DNA of 19,178 nt from assembly GCA_964549075.1 (NCBI GenBank), contig CAZJUB010000049.1, positions 1 through 19,178 of the forward strand. The letters run 5' to 3'. The stretch comes from an uncultured archaeon. Lineage in GTDB: Archaea; Asgardarchaeota; Heimdallarchaeia; Heimdallarchaeales; Heimdallarchaeaceae. Of the stretch, positions 14,584 to 19,178 are shown piece after piece (position 1 is the first letter of the stretch; each line of letters starts with the position of its first letter). Made by a program: the position numbers and the translations under genes. The notes beneath the pieces are model-generated. The model was not told the DNA's origin. It searched no databases and saw only the letters and a list, made by a program, of their open reading frames with translations.

Positions 14584-16311
14584 ATGAAAGCGTATATTAC
14601 AGCTGAATTCTCTCCTGAAGCTCTTGAGAAATTAAAGGCAATTCTACAAGATGAGATAGTTTACGAGAGTTGGCGAACTACAAAGAACTTGTTTTTCAAT
14701 GACGAAGATCTTATCAAGAGGTTAAACGGGATAGGTGCTGAGATACTCATCTGTGAAGGTGACAATGTCAAGCAACCTGTGATTGAACAAACCAATTTGA
14801 AAATCATAGGTTCTACTCGAGGAGATCCTAATAACATTGATATAGAAACAGCTACATCTAAAAAAATACCTGTTCTTTATGCTCCTAATAGAAATACTGT
14901 TTCGGTAGCTGAGCTTACTGTTGGTCTAATTTTGAGTCTTGCTAGAAAACTTCATTCCATTGAACGTGTTTTGCACTCTGAGGGTGAATTTGTAGTTAAT
15001 GAATTTGGAGATTACATCAAATACTATAATAAATTCAAAGGATTCGAACTTAGAGGGAAAACTGTTGGGATAGTCGGGTTAGGAAGAATAGGATTCAGTG
15101 TTGCAAAGCTGTTACTACCTTTTGGTGTGAAGTTTCTCGTTTATGATCCTTATGTTTTTTCAGCAAGATTGAACGCTATCCAAGGAGAAGCTGTTGAACT
15201 AAACTATCTTATGACTAACTCAGATATTGTCACTATTCATTGCCAACCAACTGATGAAACAGATGAACTGATAGGAGAAGAACAATTCGCTTTAATGAAG
15301 AAAAATGCTCTTTTCATTAACACAGCCAGAGCTTCTGTTATAGATGAATTTGCTCTACTAGATGCCCTCAAGGAAAAGAAAATAGCTGGTGCTGCACTAG
15401 ATGTTTTTTCTATTGAACCTGTGGATCAGGATAACGAGTTTCTAGAACTAGATAACGTGATTGTTACTCCTCATATCGGTGGAGATACTTTTGATACAAA
15501 TCATCGTCATTCTATGATGATGGTGGATGGTATTGAGAAGATTATTAACCACAAAATGCCTGAGAATATCAAAAATCCTGAGGTTTTAGAAGGTATTCCA
15601 CCACCCAAAACAACAGATCAAGTAAATGAGTTTGAGGATATTGTTCCTACCCTAGAGATGTATTCTAGAACAATCCAGCAAATAATAGATATTTGTAAAG
15701 AGATGATCAAGAAAGAGTATGTTATCGGTACAGCTGGTAACGTTTCAGCTAGAGTTACTCTTCCCAATTATGAAGAAGCTTACTTAGTCACACCAAGTTC
15801 AGTCAAATATGAAGAAATGGGGATTGAAGATGTTGTCTTGATAGATGCTAATGGTGAAGTGATAGCAGGACATAGAAATCCTACTTCAGAAAAGAGATTA
15901 CATCTAGCAATCTACAGAGCACGAAAAGACATCAAAGCCATAGTTCATTCTCATGCTCCTTATTCTACCGCTCTTTCAATTGCTAGAATGCCTATTGGTC
16001 CAATTGTGGATGAGATCATCCCTTTCATAGGTGGGTGTGAAGTAGCAGAATTTGGGATGGCAGGAACTGATGATCTTGCTAATAATGCTGTAACAGCTTT
16101 AGGTGATAACTTAGCTGCCTTCATCGCTAATCATGGCAATGTAGCATGTGGAACAACTTTGGACCAAGCTTGGACAGTTTGCCAACAGGTAGAGATGGCT
16201 GCTAAAATCCAATATAGAGCATCATTATTGGGAACCATCTATGCTATTCCTGAGGATGTTGAAGAAGAAGAAAAAGAAATTTACAATATAATGAAAGATA
16301 TGGGTATCTAA
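14584..16311 (+). CDS. Fusion of D-isomer-specific 2-hydroxyacid dehydrogenase (SerA2/YoaD-like) and class II aldolase (FucA-like)
   Basis: N-terminal part: TRGDPNNID, NTVSVAE, GLGRIG, YDPY, INTAR, LDVFSIEP, TPHIGG, ending NPEVL. C-terminal part: GTAGNVSAR, VTPS, PTSEKRLHLAIY, VHSH, NHG (Zn-binding histidines and catalytic Glu). One continuous frame. Confidence 0.92.
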   Translation: MKAYITAEFSPEALEKLKAILQDEIVYESWRTTKNLFFNDEDLIKRLNGIGAEILICEGDNVKQPVIEQTNLKIIGSTRGDPNNIDIETATSKKIPVLYAPNRNTVSVAELTVGLILSLARKLHSIERVLHSEGEFVVNEFGDYIKYYNKFKGFELRGKTVGIVGLGRIGFSVAKLLLPFGVKFLVYDPYVFSARLNAIQGEAVELNYLMTNSDIVTIHCQPTDETDELIGEEQFALMKKNALFINTARASVIDEFALLDALKEKKIAGAALDVFSIEPVDQDNEFLELDNVIVTPHIGGDTFDTNHRHSMMMVDGIEKIINHKMPENIKNPEVLEGIPPPKTTDQVNEFEDIVPTLEMYSRTIQQIIDICKEMIKKEYVIGTAGNVSARVTLPNYEEAYLVTPSSVKYEEMGIEDVVLIDANGEVIAGHRNPTSEKRLHLAIYRARKDIKAIVHSHAPYSTALSIARMPIGPIVDEIIPFIGGCEVAEFGMAGTDDLANNAVTALGDNLAAFIANHGNVACGTTLDQAWTVCQQVEMAAKIQYRASLLGTIYAIPEDVEEEEKEIYNIMKDMGI

Positions 16312-17868
16312 TCAGATTTTAGTGATACTCATCCACTTCTTATATTTTTCTTGAAGTTTAGTGTTCATCGAAGATCTTGGTTGCAGTTCAAACATAGTTT
16401 CAGCTGTAAAGCTTTTTTGATAATCAGTTGTATCTTTTATTTTCCCACTTGCAACGTCACAGAGTATTAATAATCCCTGAATAGTAGCTTCATGCGTTCC
16501 CAAATACTGAACTGGTTGATTATAAAGATCAGCAAATCTTTGACAGAGCATCCTATATCTAGATAATCCTCCAAGGACAGTAAGTGAACACTTTTCCATC
16601 TGTGCAACTTCTTTAGCTTGATCTATATTTCTTGAAACTGCAAACATAATATTATCAAAAACCGCTCCTACCAGCTGATTTTGGTGCATGAAGAATTCCT
16701 CTACTCCTCCTGGACTAGGAAAATAAAATTCTCCAGCTGATCTATCAGAACTTGTCAAAGTTGACGGACCTAAATTTGCATAAACAGAATGAGAGATCAC
16801 ATGGTCCTCTGTTTCTTCTTGTTCCTTTTCATCGAAATTTTGGAGTTGTTCTTTTAATCTATTATACTGTTTATCTGTTGGTTCTAAGAACTTTGTACTC
16901 AATTTTGAATCAAAGAGATGAGCTGCCCACTTAACTATTTGACCAGTTATACCTGTGTTAGCTTCAACAATATACTTATCGCAAAGATTCTTTACAGAAA
17001 TACCTATAGCCCAGACACGTTCTTGTTCATCTATGCACAACTCATCTGTTATCAGTTGAACTGGAGTTGTGCTTCCTAGAACAACACCCATATCTCCAGG
17101 ATTAATAACGTTTGAAGCGAATAAAGCAGCTTGTGTGTCTGGAATTCCTGCAACTAGTTCTACATCTGAGTTGAGGTTTAGCTCTTCTTGAATTTGACGA
17201 GAGACATCGCCTATAATCTCTCCTGATTGAACTGGAGGTGGAAAGAAGTCTTCATCTATATCAAAGATTGAGAACCATTCTTCTAGCCAAGTTTTTTCTC
17301 TCAAACTAAAAAATCCTGATTCCATAGCACTAGTATAATTCGTATGGAATTCCCCTCCAAGTTGAACTAATATCCAACTATCTAAAGGAAGGTAATGAGC
17401 TATTTGTTGGTCTGAGATCTTTTCAGGATTGTTTCTTAAAAATTCCAATCTCGAAGGAATCATTAGAAAATTGGGAAAATGACCAGTGTGTTGATAAAGT
17501 TTTTTTCCAGTCAATTCTTCAAGTTTCTCATCAATTTCATCACCATAGTCTATTCCTTGAACATCAAAACTAGAACCAATATAAAGAGGATTTAGGTCCT
17601 CATCAGTAAAGACACAACTAGGGCGAATGATGGAGGAAGTGACATATTTAATCTTTTGAGAATTTATTTCAGATTTCTTAATCGTTCTTTTAGCTAAGTT
17701 TATCAAATTGCTCAAATATTTAGAATGTTCCCAATTCCTACCAAAACCATCAGCTGATTGGATAACCTCAGGTAAGATAAATTCAATAGCCAGAATCTTG
17801 TTCTTTTCATCTGCTATGGCACATTTCAATGCTTTAGATCCAGCATCGAAAACCATACGATAACTCAT
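16312..17868 (-). CDS. FGGY-family carbohydrate kinase (YoaC/LsrK-like)
   Basis: FDAGSKALKC, LYQHTGH, GIPDTQAAL, VLGSTTPV, GGLSR...QRFAD, EATIQG. Start trimmed to ATG 17868, with minus-strand TTTATATT 21 nt upstream. Confidence 0.9.
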   Translation of the reverse strand: MSYRMVFDAGSKALKCAIADEKNKILAIEFILPEVIQSADGFGRNWEHSKYLSNLINLAKRTIKKSEINSQKIKYVTSSIIRPSCVFTDEDLNPLYIGSSFDVQGIDYGDEIDEKLEELTGKKLYQHTGHFPNFLMIPSRLEFLRNNPEKISDQQIAHYLPLDSWILVQLGGEFHTNYTSAMESGFFSLREKTWLEEWFSIFDIDEDFFPPPVQSGEIIGDVSRQIQEELNLNSDVELVAGIPDTQAALFASNVINPGDMGVVLGSTTPVQLITDELCIDEQERVWAIGISVKNLCDKYIVEANTGITGQIVKWAAHLFDSKLSTKFLEPTDKQYNRLKEQLQNFDEKEQEETEDHVISHSVYANLGPSTLTSSDRSAGEFYFPSPGGVEEFFMHQNQLVGAVFDNIMFAVSRNIDQAKEVAQMEKCSLTVLGGLSRYRMLCQRFADLYNQPVQYLGTHEATIQGLLILCDVASGKIKDTTDYQKSFTAETMFELQPRSSMNTKLQEKYKKWMSITKI

Positions 17869-17952
17869 AACATTGCGAGACAGAGACACAATATAAATTT
17901 TTTAGTAGTTTCTTCTGAAAGTTTAAATTTATGACTTGTTTTCTTGATTATT

Positions 17953-18771
17953 ATGGAACTCCCCAAAATCGGTTTAGGAACTTGGATGTTAAAACCCAAT
18001 GAAGCTACTTATTCTGTTATAGAAGCTATTAAAATGGGTTACAGATATATTGATACAGCACAAGCTTATTTCAATGAAAAAGGTGTCGGAGAAGGTCTGA
18101 AAGAAGTTATAGACACAGGTGTAGTGAAAAGAGAAGAAATATTTGTCGCCACAAAGGTTTTTCCGATGAATTATAGACCAAGAGCAGCATATAAATCAAC
18201 TCTCAGATCAATCAAAAGATTAAAACTCGAATATCTTGACCTCATGCAAATTCACTGGCCAGCTTTTGCTTTAGGTTATTCTCATAAAGGAACATTAGGA
18301 GCTCTGAGTAAGCTAGTAGATGAGGGGACAATCAAATATTTTGGAATTTCGAACTTTACTCCGCAACAAACTAACGATGCAGTAGAAGTATGTGAAAAGC
18401 CTATTTTCTCAAATCAGATAGAGCACCATCCATATTTACACCAGAATGAACTTCTTAAAGTTTTAAAGGAACTTGGAATACATTTTATCTCCTACTCCCC
18501 ATTAGGGAGAGGTAATGCGCTGAATGATCCAGTAATCAAAGAGATTGCTAAAAAGAATAAAATTAGCTCAGCGCAAGTGTGTCTTTCATGGATTATAAGT
18601 AAAGGAGCACATCCTATTCCGAAAGCTACGAGTCTAGAACACCTAAAAGATAATTTCAATTCATTGAAAGTACAACTATCAGAAGAAGATCTGAAAAAAA
18701 TAGATAATATTCAAAGAGTTGAACGATATGTTCATCCGCCTGTTGTAGCACCTAAGGAATGGAAAAAATAA
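17953..18771 (+). CDS. Aldo/keto reductase (2,5-diketo-D-gluconate reductase-like)
   Basis: PKIGLGTW, GYRYIDTAQAY, FVATK, LDLMQIHWP, GISNF, NQIEHHPY, SYSPLG, IPKA, with the D-Y-K-H tetrad present. TTTAAATT at 17922-17929 supports ATG 17953. Confidence 0.95.
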   Translation: MELPKIGLGTWMLKPNEATYSVIEAIKMGYRYIDTAQAYFNEKGVGEGLKEVIDTGVVKREEIFVATKVFPMNYRPRAAYKSTLRSIKRLKLEYLDLMQIHWPAFALGYSHKGTLGALSKLVDEGTIKYFGISNFTPQQTNDAVEVCEKPIFSNQIEHHPYLHQNELLKVLKELGIHFISYSPLGRGNALNDPVIKEIAKKNKISSAQVCLSWIISKGAHPIPKATSLEHLKDNFNSLKVQLSEEDLKKIDNIQRVERYVHPPVVAPKEWKK

Positions 18772-18795
18772 CTATATCGTCAGAAAGAACACATT

Positions 18796-19178
18796 TTATC
18801 TTTTCCGTGCTTCTACTTCTTCTTGTAATTCCTCTGTATAATTTGCTCGTGTTGAATCATATTTCTTCGATTCTTTTTCCTCAATTAGAGCATTCCAATA
18901 AACTTCATATTCTTTAGGTATATCACCTATTCTTTCGTGATTTTCGATATAGTTTGTTGGCATTGGATGAGTACCTACAACCACATCAACACCAACTATT
19001 TTCTCAATAAAATCTTTGAAAACTTGAATATAAGGACAAGGAGGATAACCTGCTAAAAAGCCAGTTGCAAAATGGATAACATCAGCACCATACTTCTTCA
19101 TACCACTTGCAACATATTCTATATTTCCGCCAGGACATCCTCCGCAAGTAGAATAACCCACTACTTCTAATTCATCAT
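18796..19178 (-). CDS. CGGC-domain protein (putative metal/Fe-S binding); 5' end truncated
   Basis: GYSTCGGCPGG, IHFATG, YPPCP, VVVGTH. The frame stays open to the window end (..DELEVVGYST), so GTG 19161 is probably not the true start. Confidence 0.88.
   Translation of the reverse strand, partial: DELEVVGYSTCGGCPGGNIEYVASGMKKYGADVIHFATGFLAGYPPCPYIQVFKDFIEKIVGVDVVVGTHPMPTNYIENHERIGDIPKEYEVYWNALIEEKESKKYDSTRANYTEELQEEVEARKR

Noticed and set aside
13808-16934. ORFs 13808..14035 (-) and 16752..16934 (+)
   Set aside because: Antisense shadows of the SCP2 gene and the FGGY kinase.
1-19178. Mobile element, provirus or defence island
   Set aside because: No transposase, integrase, terminal repeats, viral structural genes or defence-system motifs recognised, and composition looks uniform by eye.

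Overview
AT-rich, densely coding archaeal DNA, most likely from an Asgard archaeon (Heimdallarchaeia-like). That assignment is inferred from a Rab-like GTPase, a TPR-longin-like protein, a surface beta-helix protein with a GxGTxxxPY motif, membrane plus Zn-ribbon proteins, and TATA boxes about 20-25 nt upstream of start codons. I see 20 credible CDSs, two cut by the window edges. They include an LLM/F420 oxidoreductase, threonine synthase, a trmO / NDP-sugar synthase / thioredoxin operon, a Rab-like GTPase, comD-comE-like decarboxylase subunits with a MoaD/SAMP sulfur carrier, a membrane-anchored SCP2 protein, a 2-hydroxyacid dehydrogenase-class II aldolase fusion, an FGGY kinase, an aldo-keto reductase and a CGGC protein. 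Three elements are missing from the ORF track: a candidate ~65-nt small RNA with its own TATA box and U-tract (about 13585-13652, minus strand), a frameshifted relic of a second LLM gene (2121-2210), and a probable CTG-initiated N-terminal extension of the 1443 ORF. No CRISPR array, tRNA/rRNA or mobile element is visible. All family assignments come from motif recognition, not database searches.
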